A stretch of 64,000 nucleotides of DNA, from positions 99,386,001-99,450,000 of the forward strand of contig NC_043004.1 in assembly GCF_006345805.1 (NCBI RefSeq). Reading direction: 5' to 3'. Shown piece after piece: positions 13,348 through 25,181 of the stretch (its first letter is position 1; each line of letters opens with the position of its first letter). Both the position numbers and the translations under genes were made by a program. This DNA comes from Octopus sinensis. Its lineage: Eukaryota. Under the pieces are notes generated by a model that was given only the letters and a program-made list of their open reading frames with translations, had not been told where the DNA came from and did no database searches.

Positions 13348-13596
13348 TAGGAAGGATCCGAGGGAATAATTCCAAGGTAGTTAAATATTGCTTAAATATC
13401 CTAGGAAACAATGGACACACTTACGTGGGATTAGAATCCTGAGACAAACAAGACGTATTTAGGAGTAAAATAGGAAAAACAGAGAAGGGAGACAACCGTG
13501 AAAGATTTTATTAAATCATTTATATCTTCATATCTCCTACATATGTTTCGATGTGTTCATCCAAAGCACGTATGTATTTGCATCTATTTCTCCTAC
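13348..13596 (-). mobile_element. PLE-like terminal fragment
   Basis: Sits between microsatellites. 13522-13596 is an inverted copy of 12464-12536, and 13348-13388 recurs at 14728-14768. Confidence 0.5.
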
Positions 13597-13602
13597 ATCC
13601 AT

Positions 13603-13635
<33 letters not shown>

Positions 13636-13690
13636 CACACATAAACACATACACATACACATACACACACACATATATACTTAAATACTT

Positions 13691-13729
<39 letters not shown>

Positions 13730-13921
13730 TGCAAACACATTTTCATTTCCTTCCTAAATGAGACAACTACGCTTGTGTCCGCGGTGTATAGTGATATAGA
13801 CAGATTGGTATATATACAAACATGTGTGTGTATGTGTACATGCATATACATAAGTAGCTATATGCATATGTATGTGTATATATATATATGTATTTTATAT
13901 TTTCTTTTTGTAACATATTTC

Positions 13922-13958
<37 letters not shown>

Positions 13959-14529
13959 TATATAATATATATATATACATATATATATATTACATATATA
14001 TATATATATATGTATGTGCATGGTGTTATATATATATATGCATATATATGTATGTATACATATACACACACAGACACACACAGATTTGTATGACATCATC
14101 CTCAACTGGATCGCTATGTATGTATTTGTATAATTAATTATTCAAACGTGAATAATACATTATACATTTATCCTAATGCACTTTATGTCGTTCACGTTAG
14201 TTGTATACGATAAACTTATGAGCGTACCGTTTTTTTTTAAAGATGTACGCATTTGCATTTTCAGCTTCGCCATGAAAATTAACTACTGCAGTCAAGAAAA
14301 ATTAATCGATCTCTGAACCCATAAAAGTCGTTGAAACTAATGAGGCCGAATTTAGTTTAGTTTGTTTTTGTTTTTTCTGCCTAAGCATTGAAAAAAACGT
14401 ACTTCGACTATTCATACATGCATGCATCACACACACGTATGTATATATGTAATAATATATAAATATGTGCATATATACATACATATATGTACATACCTAC
14501 ATCTATATGTATATATACATGCATATATA

Positions 14530-14700
14530 GTTACAGGACTTCAAAAAAACGTTGAACACAATGAAAAACGAAAATATAAAAAACAAAAACATGGAAACGA
14601 ACTTTTTTTCAAACAACGAAAAAACGGAGTACAAGACATACAACACAAGGAATATTCCCCATCTTCAGTTGTCCCTGTTTCGTCTACTACACGTTTCTAT
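14530..14700 (-). mobile_element. PLE-like terminal fragment, same family as 57720-57895 and the 16389-16481 fold-back
   Basis: Shared TACAGGAC...AACG..GAACACAATGA.AAACGAAAA...TCTTCAGT.G...TTTC.TCTACT..ACGTTTC. Confidence 0.55.
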
Positions 14701-15702
14701 GTATGTATGTATGTATGTATGTATGTATAGGAAGGAACCGAGGGAATAATTGCAAGGTAGTTAAATAGTTACATAAAGTATATATATAATGTAGTTATAT
14801 ATAGTATATATATAATATATATACTGTATACTATATGTAACACTGACTACATGTAATTATATGCATGTCACATGTGTGAGATCGACATTCTAGCAGCACC
14901 AAATGCACTGAATTTCTTGGACCGCGTGACTAGTGTCCTGCTGTCAGGCAGGTCATGCTATCCGGCAGGTCTTCGAAGGAGCCTTACGAGGCATCCGTTA
15001 CATGGCTCGCGAGGGCATACGTATGCATGTATATCAGCTATATGAGTAGATGTGGGTGTATGATGGCTATGCACGTGTATCTTCTATATGTGCATGCGTG
15101 CGCTTGTGTAAAGCTGGCTGTGGATGAAAACTGAAAGCATGTATATATATAATTTGAAAGAAAAACACCTTTTATCAATTCAAAATGAACAATTAAATTA
15201 CACCATCTAGAAAATTACATATAATAGAAATATTAAAATCAATATAACAATAATATACCGAAGATTTAAGCCATCAGCTCACATACCTTGTGTGTGTTTG
15301 ATTTTGTTTATCTCGAGCTACTTCAAATCAATATTTCAATCCGTGGCAAGAAATATTGGCACGCGCTAGCAGATGCTGTTTAAGCCATTTAGCATATATC
15401 TATCATAGTCGGCAATATGGCATGCAGCGGGTTTCGTTCGGTATGCGCCATTGATAAGTCACAATTGTGACGAGACCTTGATGTCCATAACTCCAGGAAG
15501 GGACTTATATCAGTTGTGTTGTTTAAGTATGACTTACCTTCAGGGTTTTGTTTTACATCAGGTCCATAGAGGGGCCATAGTGAATACATTCTCTCATGCC
15601 TAAAAACCGTAGCCGACCCACGAACTAGCAATACACATATCTTGTGTTTGTGTGTTCGATATTGCTTATATATCATGAGCTACTTCTAATTAATATTTGA
15701 AT

Positions 15703-16160
15703 AGAAAGTGTGTCTATAGCCAGCTGGAGGAGGTGTCTTCCTGGGGCTACAAACTACAGTAGCATCCACCCTTAGGTGTTAGCCATATTCAAATGGCAAA
15801 TATACGTCACGATGTGTTGCCGCTACTGTTTATAACTCGCTCTGAGATTTATCATTGTTTGATTTCACTTTTTCAATATCAGTGTCAATCGATACTGGAA
15901 AAAGTATATGTATTTGTGAGGGAAACTGACTTCTCGTCGACAACTATGATTGTCACACCCCGATGATAGGTCAATACCTTGAAACTCGAGTCCGTGTGTA
16001 TCATAAGTTGAAGACGGGAAGGATGACTTCCCTTCACAAATACTGATAGGGCACAGAAAGTGTGTCTATAGCCAGCTGGAGGAGGTGTCTTCCTGGTGCT
16101 ACAAACTGCAGTAGCATCCACCCTTAGGGGTAGCCATATTCAAATGGCAAATATACGTCA

Positions 16161-16164
<4 letters not shown>
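15703..16164 (+). mobile_element. 352-bp-period partial tandem repeat (PLE pseudo-LTR or retrozyme-like)
   Basis: ~110-bp near-identical direct repeats at 15703-15813 and 16055-16164 enclose a hammerhead motif; ends in (TA)n. Confidence 0.65.
15954..15998 (+). ncRNA. type-I hammerhead ribozyme motif, one core substitution
   Basis: CACACC-CCGATGA-t AGGT caat ACCT t-GAAA-CTCGAG-TC-CGTGTG; GUC cleavage triplet, palindromic stem III ACTCGAGT. Confidence 0.65.
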
Positions 16165-16246
<82 letters not shown>

Positions 16247-16388
16247 TATAAAACTTACTTGGAGAACAGAAAGGAAACGAAACGACGCGAGGGCGTTCAG
16301 TCATGTAATAATTTAATAAATAAAATATATATACATACATACATATATGTAAGTACCTACATCTACTTGTACATATACGTGCATATAT

Positions 16389-16481
16389 AAATATATATAC
16401 GTGAGTACAGGACACCACAAATAGACGTAGGACTCAACGAGACGTCTATTTGTGGTGTCCTGGACTCACGTATATATATTT
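16389..16481. repeat. near-perfect inverted repeat (40-bp arms, 13-nt loop)
   Basis: 16389-16428 versus 16442-16481, one mismatch. Confidence 0.9.
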
Positions 16482-16543
16482 GATTTTTGGATTTTGATTT
16501 TTCCAGTTTCAGCTCATGAGCTGTGGCCATGCTGGGGCGCCGC
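16482..16543 (-). mobile_element. CR1-like LINE/SINE 3' terminus micro-fragment
   Basis: Minus strand GCGGCGCCCCAGCATGGCCA-CAGCTCATGAGCTG-AAAC followed by (AAAATC)-type tail repeats. Confidence 0.6.
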
Positions 16544-16550
16544 AAATTTA

Positions 16551-16840
16551 GCGAAAACACCTAAAGCTCCACGAGGCTCCGGCAGGGGATGGTGGTGATC
16601 CCTGCTGTACTCTTTCACCACAACTTTCTCTCACTCTTACTTCCTGTTTCTGTTGTACCTGTATTTCAAAGGGCCGGCCTTGTCACTCTCTGTGTCCCGC
16701 TGAATATCCCCAAAAACTACGTTAAGGGTACACGTGTCTGTGGAGTGCTCAGCCACTTACACGTTAATTTCACGAGCAGGCTGTTCCGTTGATCGGATCA
16801 ACCGGAACCCTCGTTGTCGTAACCGACGGAGTGCTTCCAT
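16551..16840 (+). mobile_element. SINE family D relative, head-less body
   Basis: ACCTAAAGCTCCACGAGGCTCCGGCAG...ACAACTTTCTCTCACTCTT is shared with the reverse complement of 38100-38190, but the 3' half differs. Confidence 0.7.
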
Positions 16841-16998
16841 GTAATGGAATATGCATATATTTTATTTATTAAATTTTATATATATTATATATATATATAT
16901 ATACAGTGTGTGAAAATTAGAAGCTCCAGTTTATTGTTGCTACTTGATTTTATTGCATATATAAACAGACTGAATATTTGTTTCTATGGGATTGGGCA

Positions 16999-17058
16999 AA
17001 CTGATGTAGACACCTCTGATGAGGAACTAATAAGTATCGAAAATCGATTAAGGCAGCT
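16999..17058 (+). ncRNA. type-I hammerhead ribozyme motif, intact core, within PLE-like repeat 16905-17130
   Basis: AACTG..CCT-CTGATGA-ggaactaataagtatc-GAAA-ATCGAT-TA-AGG-CAGCT; palindromic stem III AATCGATT; stem II has one mismatch. Confidence 0.7.
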
Positions 17059-18084
17059 GGTTGTCTTTTTCAATCTACGGATAAATTGTTAATTTTACTC
17101 TGTTTATTTATCTTCTTTTGTAGGTTACATAAAGATATACCAACACAGACGTCTCTCTCTCTCACTCTCTCTCTTCCTCTCTCTCTTACACTGAATTAAT
17201 GCTTCTGTGCGTGTTCAAGCATGTATATCCTATTGAAATGGGACTATAGACATCTTGACATGCATAAATATACTCACTTATATGGATTTTGCACGAGTGT
17301 TGTCATATGCAACCTGCTATATCCGGGAAGCTGCATATTACGCAGTGATACATATAAATGTTACTGCTTAAGAGAATGCACCTGATATAAAAAGTCCATT
17401 TGACCTGCAATGCCTCTAGTCAATATGTGAGGAGCAATACAATTCGCATGTACTTTATCAATTGTTATGGTGATATCTAAAAACATGTTGTAACTTTTTA
17501 GCCCCCAGGTAAGCCCTGACTCGGTAGACGTATAATCAAAATGTTTCCACCCTTGACTCTCATGTCATATCACAAGCTGCTACTTATACAATGTCATTAC
17601 CCAAAGTATTCTTAGTAAGACCGTAAGTTATGATTTGGGGAAGATTTGCTGCTCTCTTAGCAGGGTGAGTGACCATGTTAGGTGGTTGTGGGGGTCACCT
17701 TGGTGATGTCGTGAAAATATTGGCTCGATAAGAATTCTAGTAAAAATGGTTGTAGTGGTCTCAGTTATGAAGATAATACTGTTACAGTTGGTGTTTCGTT
17801 GTTGTTGTTTGTGGCGGTGGTGGTGGTGATGGTTTTAGTGGTGGTGGTTGTGGCGGTTGTGGATCCTTCATTGAAGGCATTGGTAGTGTGTCAATGATAT
17901 TAGTTATAACGCCTACAAATTTTGGCAGAAGGACAATAGTTTTAGAAGGAATTATGTGCATTACAGCAACCACATAACTTGACTGGCACTTTGATTTATC
18001 GTCCCCGAAAACTTGAAAGGCAAAGCTAACCTCAATCGTGTTTGAACACAGAACCTAAAGAAGACATTCTGCTTTTCAGTGATA

Positions 18085-18345
18085 TTCTTTTAATCTTTTA
18101 CTTGTTTCAGTCATTTGACTGCGGTCATGCTGGAGCACAGCCTTAAGTCGAACAAATCGACCCCAGGACTTATTCTTTGTAAGCTTAGTATTCATTCTAT
18201 CGGTCTTTTTTGCCGAACCGCTAAGTAACGGGGACGTAAATACACCACCATCGGTTGTCAAGCAATGGTGAGGGAACAAACCCAGATACACAGACATACA
18301 CGAACATATACACACATGCACAAACACTTACACACACACACACGA

Positions 18346-18389
<44 letters not shown>

Positions 18390-18580
18390 GACGAGCTTCT
18401 TTTAGTTTCCGTCTACCAAATCCACTCACAAAGCATTAGTTGGCCCGAGGCTATTGTAGAAGATACTTACCCAAGGTGCCACGTGAAGCCGGGTAAGAAC
18501 CTTGAATAAGAAGGTGTCTTCTGAACCCGGAACCAAGTGGTTGGTAAGGAAGCTACTTACCACACAGCTACACCTGCGCC
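18085..18580 (-). mobile_element. SINE family A with ~37-nt substitution/insertion in the head
   Basis: Full reverse-complement copy; foreign sequence at 18484-18520. Confidence 0.88.
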
Positions 18581-18779
18581 TATGTCAATAATTGTGAAAT
18601 CACTTATCGTATCGCAACAGTGGTATTTGCACTGATAGAAGTATTGATGCAGGTAGAATTGGTGGTTTAGATGGTGGTAGTTGCGGCAAAGCGCACGTGA
18701 ATGCAGTAATGCCTGTATGATGGCGCGGATAATTTTCTCCTCGATGGCGTGGCTGGAGTGGCAATGACGATTAATATAT

Positions 18780-18875
18780 AGTGGTGATGGTTGCAGTATG
18801 GTGGTGATGGTAGTGGTAGCGGCAACAGCAGCATCTGCAGTACTAGTACTAGTAGTAGTAGTAGTAGTAGTAGTA

Positions 18876-18912
<37 letters not shown>

Positions 18913-19340
18913 GGTGGTGGTAATGGTAGTAGTAGTAATGGTAATAGTAGTAGTTGTAGTGGTAGTGGTAGTAGTAGTAGTAGTGGTAGTAGTAATAGTA
19001 ATTGTAGTAGTAGTAATGGTAGTAGTAGTAGTGATAGTAGTAGTAGTAGTAGTTGTAGTAGTAGTGATGGTAGTAGTAATGGTAATAGTAGTAGTTGTAG
19101 TGGTAGTAGTAGTAGTAATGGTAGTAGTAGTAATGGTAGTAAGAGTGATAGTAGTAGTAGTAGTTGTAGTAGTAGCAGCAGCAGCAGCAGATAAAACAGT
19201 AATAACGATAGTAATACTTGTAGTGGTAGTGACATTGGTAGTAATGGTGGTGGCAATAGGGTTGGCGGTTTTCATGATGGTGGTGGTGGTGGTTGCGACG
19301 GCGGCAGCGTCGGTGGTGGTGGTGGTGGTGGTAGAATTGA
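18780..19340. repeat. degenerate (GTA)n/(GTG)n trinucleotide array
   Basis: Direct reading; explains the poly-T/V/L ORFs. Confidence 0.92.
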
Positions 19341-19584
19341 TGGTATTGTTGACAGTTTCATTATGCTTGGTATTTTTCATAACAAACATATGCAGAGAGT
19401 AAACAAACTATACAGTGCTTATCGATACAACCATCTTTGCCTAAATGTGATGTACACCTGGCACGTCTACAACCGATAAAATGGAACAAAAAAAAATTTA
19501 TATCGTTGTGATCATCTAGCATCCCTGGAGAGATCTCTAAGGTACCACTAGTGTTTATTCCGCTAAATCTTACAGCTATTTGTA

Positions 19585-19616
<32 letters not shown>

Positions 19617-19734
19617 TGAGTGAGTGGGTGTGTAGATTCAAGATTCAAGCGAATTAGTGAACCACTTTTTATTTGTTTTATACACATACACACATATACT
19701 CACACACATATACACACACACATATATCCATATA

Positions 19735-19815
<81 letters not shown>

Positions 19816-19819
19816 CATA

Positions 19820-20004
19820 GTTCTTTTATTCTTGTACTTCTTTCAGTTATTTCGCTGCGGCCATGCTGGAGTACCATATTAAAGAGATATTCTATCGGTC
19901 ACTTTTGTCGAATCGCTTGGCTACGGGGACGTAAAGACACCAGCATCGGTTGACAAGCGATGTTGGGAGGACAAACAGAGACACACAAACATATACGCAC
20001 ACGT

Positions 20005-20067
<63 letters not shown>

Positions 20068-20223
20068 TGACAGGCGTCCTCCACCCTCCATCAACGAAAT
20101 CCACTCACAAGGCTTTGGTCGGCTCGAGGCTATAGTAGATGACACTTGCCCATGGTGCCACACAGTGGGACTGAACCTAAGACCATGTGGTTTGTAAGCA
20201 AGCTACTTACCACACAGCCACTC
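19820..20223 (-). mobile_element. SINE family A
   Basis: Reverse-complement copy with internal deletion. Confidence 0.88.
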
Positions 20224-20258
20224 ATATGTATGAATGTATGTATACGTATGTGTTTGTG

Positions 20259-20304
<46 letters not shown>

Positions 20305-20654
20305 TTGTGATGTAGGATAACGTTAGCCCTTGTCTAAGCCGGGCCCAGCGTCGTCGTTACACATCAGAGAGTAATTAACTAGAATTAGCAATGACACTCA
20401 ATAGCAGATGCAGAGGACATACGTACTCGCACACACTCACATGCACGCAGGCATATACACACATACAAACAAAAGCATACACATGCATTTGTATATATGC
20501 ACATGATTCATACACTTACGCAACCACTTACAAATATTTGTCTATCTATACATCGCGAAATAGATATGTATTCATGCATTTCATGTATAATTATTGAGAT
20601 GTGTGAATATATGTACACATAAGTTTATACATAAATATATATATATATATATAT

Positions 20655-21060
20655 ACTCTTTTACTCTTTTACTTGTTTCAGTCTTTTGACTGCGGCCATG
20701 CTGGAGCACCGCCTTTAATCGAGCAACTCGACCCTGAGACTTATTCTTTTGTAAGCCCAGTACTTATTCTATCGGTCTCTTTTGCCGAACCGCTAGGTAA
20801 CGGGGACCTAAACACGCCAGCATGGGTTGTCAAGCAATGCTAGGGGGACAAACACAGACGCACAAACATACACGCACACATATATATATATATATACATA
20901 TATACGACGGGCTTCTTTCAGTTTCCGTCAACTAAATCCACTCACAAGGCATTGATCAGCTATAGTAGAAGACACTTGCTCAAGGTGCCACGCAGTGGGA
21001 CTGAACCCGGAACCATGTGGTTGGTAAACAAGCTACTTACCACACAGCCACTCCTGCGCC
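20655..21060 (-). mobile_element. SINE family A, full-length
   Basis: Reverse-complement copy with (AGTAAAAG)n tail, embedded in (TA)n. Confidence 0.92.
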
Positions 21061-22389
21061 TATGTATATATATATATTATATATATATAATATATATATA
21101 TATATATTATATATATATATATATGTATATACACTCATACACTTACATACCATACATGTACATACGTATGTATTTTTCAGACCCTAATATAGATACATAT
21201 ACAACTATACTACATACTTTCACCCCCCTCAGAAGCTCGTACATAGTCCAGCATATTTCTCACATACATTGGTAGTATTATCCCTACAGAATTACTCATA
21301 AAGATATGCGCATATATAAACGGCTAAAGAAACACAGACGCACACGCACGCAGGCAGACACGCAAACTTACATACACACACGTCGATACGCACACACGTA
21401 GCTACATACACATAAACAGCCATTACATATCCACATCAATTCTTTCTTGCACCCTCTCTGCTTAAAAGAAGATAACATCTAATGCAAAGGAAAGCTGGGG
21501 TGGATGGGTAGTTGGATCTGGCATTGGTCAAGTATTTTGGGAACAAATTTACCAATCAGCTGTCTAAACATATTGACCATTTAGCTAGTAGACTTACAAA
21601 TTTGATATCAGCTATAGATAAGATCACTGGGGCCTTTTCCGGAAGATTTACGAGATAAAATGCTTCAAAAACCGGTCGTTCAGGCTACAAGGGCAAGGAT
21701 TAAGTGTGCTGGGTTTTGATACTCTTTCACTTATCTAGCTTAGAGAGCATTTGTAGCGGTTGAGTAGGGAAGCTGATGGTCTCTTGATTTTGACTAAATA
21801 ATTATGTGTTCGCATCTCACTGTTGGTCACGCAGCGTATAATTATGAGATTTGTATGGTATGCGAATAAATGCAATGTCTAGCTAATTCTTGTTCTGATG
21901 CAGTAGTGTTATTTATAGTATTCTAGTTGTGCTCGGAGTTGTGTGTGACACTGGCGTCACGAAAAATGTAGTAATGTGTGTGGTAGAAGCGAGAAAAAGA
22001 TTACAATAGTTGGTGTAGAACACACAACACATTGTTAGCAATCTAAAAATGACTGCTGAGTGACTGCATTTGTGTGTTCTCTGTACAGTCCAGTGCTCTA
22101 TTGTCTATACACGAGTGATAATTGCAGTTCTGCAGTCTCCGTTTAAAAGTGCCGGCGGCACTGTAAAGCTTCTATGTGTGACTCCAATACCGCATAACTT
22201 ATATCAATTGCATATGATGTGGTTTCATGTTTAGTGTTTTGTGTTAAGTGTTCATATTTTTCTTCTTTAATTATATTTGGTTGTTTACATTCAGCTCCGC
22301 ATTAGCTCTGACTGAGCGGAAAACTGACCAAAACAATCCACGCCAAGACCATCTCACCTCCCTGTTTTTAATGACGGTGTTTCTGGAAA

Positions 22390-22786
22390 TCTTTATATAT
22401 AAAAGAAAGGTTGTGTGCTGTCTGTCTCCTACGATTTAGATTCCTAACTACTCCCACATTTTGCGGTGCAGTTTAACCAAAACCGGGTATCTTATAGTTG
22501 TGATTCATATCGAGCCCTTCTGGGTATTAGCGCGCGTCTACAATGAGTCTACGATTTAAAAAAAAAATTACCATCAATTTTTCCCATTTTTAATGCATTT
22601 TTGGCATATATAAGGGAAGTAACTCTCTAAAAATTTATTAAATCTCAGAACGTAAAAAGCTACAGTAATACCCCCCCCCCCTTTGTGGTTAGCCATATTG
22701 AGATGGCTATTATACTTTACATCTCTAAAAATGCTTATATAGTTATTTCCCTTACAAACCCGAGCAACGCCGGGCGATACTGCTAG
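22390..22786 (+). mobile_element. non-autonomous Helitron
   Basis: A|TC...CTAG|T termini; subterminal hairpin CCCGAGCAACGCCGGG about 8 nt before CTAG; no TSD. Confidence 0.8.
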
Positions 22787-22799
22787 TATATAATCCAAT

Positions 22800-23132
22800 G
22801 AGAAATAATGATTATCATCACTTCGATATAGCTGTGCCGTAGGAACCAACGTCACCATTGTTTTTAACTCCAGGAGGAGTCTTCTCCAGCTGGTTATCCA
22901 GATGCAATCTGCCCCCGATATATATTGCAAGTGGAGGAGCGAGGAGCGAACCCTTACCATCTTCAAGCGAAGGCGACAGAACAACCAAAACATACGGTAT
23001 CGAGCTATTGTGTCTATCCTCAGTGGTGGCATCGATAACCAGCCAGAGGAAGTTACCCCTGGAGTTAAAAACGGTAGTAATGTCTGTTCCAACGGGGCAG
23101 CCATATCGGAGTGGAGATAAACATTGCTTCTC
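22800..23132. repeat. long imperfect inverted repeat (fold-back), ~105-bp arms
   Basis: 22800-22905 pairs with 23028-23132, including the exact blocks GTTTTTAACTCCAGG/CCTGGAGTTAAAAAC and GCTGGTTATC/GATAACCAGC. Confidence 0.85.
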
Positions 23133-23214
23133 GGTATAGTTACTGCTCCCATCTCTTACGGAGATTTTCAAACTAGCTACTTTGATTATCCAATGGGTTC
23201 TTCCTTTTTTTTCT

Positions 23215-23345
23215 GTTTTTTACTTGTTTCAGTCATTTGACTGCGGCCATGCTGGAGCACCGCCTTTAGTCGAGCAAATCGACCCCGGGACTTATTCTTT
23301 GTAAGCCCAGTACTTGCTAGGGGGACAAACACAGACACACAAACG

Positions 23346-23411
<66 letters not shown>

Positions 23412-23574
23412 CGACAGGCTTCTTTCAGTTTCCGTCTACCAAATCCACTCACAAGGCTTTGGTCGGCCCGAGGCTATAGCAGAAGACATTTGCCCAAGGT
23501 GCCACGCAGTGGGACTGAACCCGGAACCTTGTGGTTGGTTAGCAAGCTACTTACCACACAGCCACTCCTGCGCC
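23215..23574 (-). mobile_element. SINE family A, internal deletion
   Basis: Reverse-complement copy. Confidence 0.9.
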
Positions 23575-24314
23575 TATATATTTTTTAAACGGATGTAATT
23601 CGAAGTACATTTCGCTGTTATTTCTATCAGGTTAAGCATCTGCGTAGAGATTTACGAGCTTGAAACCTGATGTTTAGTATTCGGTATTTAGTTGGGATTG
23701 ATTCTTTGTAGTTAAAGCATAGTTCAGGTCTTCGCTTTGGTTTCAGTTTAATGCTCAACGAAATACAATGGTTGCAGTTATGTTAAGACCGGTTACTCAA
23801 TTATTCGGTTAGTGTTCACTTGAATGGCCTAGCAATAATTGGATTCTGCTGTCCGTGTGTAGAAAATCAGATTAAGGATATTTTATGTATGGAATCATAA
23901 GGCTGGAGCAGTGGTGGGGAGAATGTGTTATTGGCAAAGAGGCCATATTAGAAGTGTAGGACATGTTAGCAACAGTACTACCACGAAAAGAAGAGATAGA
24001 GAATGTATTTGCTTACCATTACTAATTATTTGTGGTGTATGAAATGATGGGCATGGCAGCAACAGAAATGATGGTGGTGCTGCTATAAAAGTCCGTAATA
24101 GTGGTGGTGGTGGTCGCTTTTGTTTTTGAATTTTTCACCGTTAGTGTTGTTGTCGTTGTTGCTGCCGTTATTGTTGTGTTTGTTGTTGTTGTGACTCAGC
24201 TTGCTGCTATGGTTATTTGTCAGACATTACACACTTTGTTGTTGCTATAATTGTTACTTTAACATCTATAATAATAATTGTCGTTACAATTATTGCTGTA
24301 ACTATTATCTGCTG

Positions 24315-24356
<42 letters not shown>

Positions 24357-24369
24357 TATATATATATAC

Positions 24370-24471
<102 letters not shown>

Positions 24472-25181
24472 ATATATATATATATTTATAAATATATATA
24501 TATATATAAATATATATGTGCGTGTGTGTATGAAAGTGTGTGTGTATGTATGCATGTACACATATGTATGTAGACGTTTATATATATGTATGTATGTATA
24601 CATAAATATATGGATATGTATATATGGATATATATATAGATAGATATACATACATGCATACACACACACACATTGCACACGCACACAGACACACACACAC
24701 ACACACACACAACACACACCACACACATATATATATATATATATATATTTGTTGCTAAGGCGTTTCTGGGTATAATTTGAGAGCAGTCACAGACAGAGGT
24801 TAAATAAGTTCTTCCCGATATTGTGCTTGCACGCCCGAAAGCTCGATGCTGTACATTAAACGAGTCGTTTTCAACCGTAGTTTGCAAACGACTCGACTCA
24901 CATTATCATTTGACGTTTAACTCATCCCTTTTTCTAAGTATAGTGATCCCAAGACTGTATATGTCCAACGAGTGATTTTACAAGACAGTCGATATGATTT
25001 CAAAGAACTTTGGCTGTTGTTTCTAGCAATTCCTGCATTCATACACAAGGACCTTCATTGACGCATTCACATTAATTTCTAATTTTTTAATGTGGACCAT
25101 GGAATCTCATTGGATGAGCTGTATCGGTTTCTTGAGATTCTGCCACGAAATATCATGGGTGTTTAATTTTCTCCTCTGTGA

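Noticed and set aside
18667-19402. 240-aa Thr-rich mucin-like ORF
   Set aside because: Lies on a (GTA)n array open on both strands; no signal peptide, splice context or flanking domain.
21480-21720. Possible very old CR1 3' coding end on the minus strand
   Set aside because: Only a faint resemblance (FRQLIGKFVPKILDQ); too degenerate to support.
22574-23171. Overlapping 192-aa and 117-aa ORFs
   Set aside because: They span a Helitron end and a fold-back repeat; no recognisable domain.
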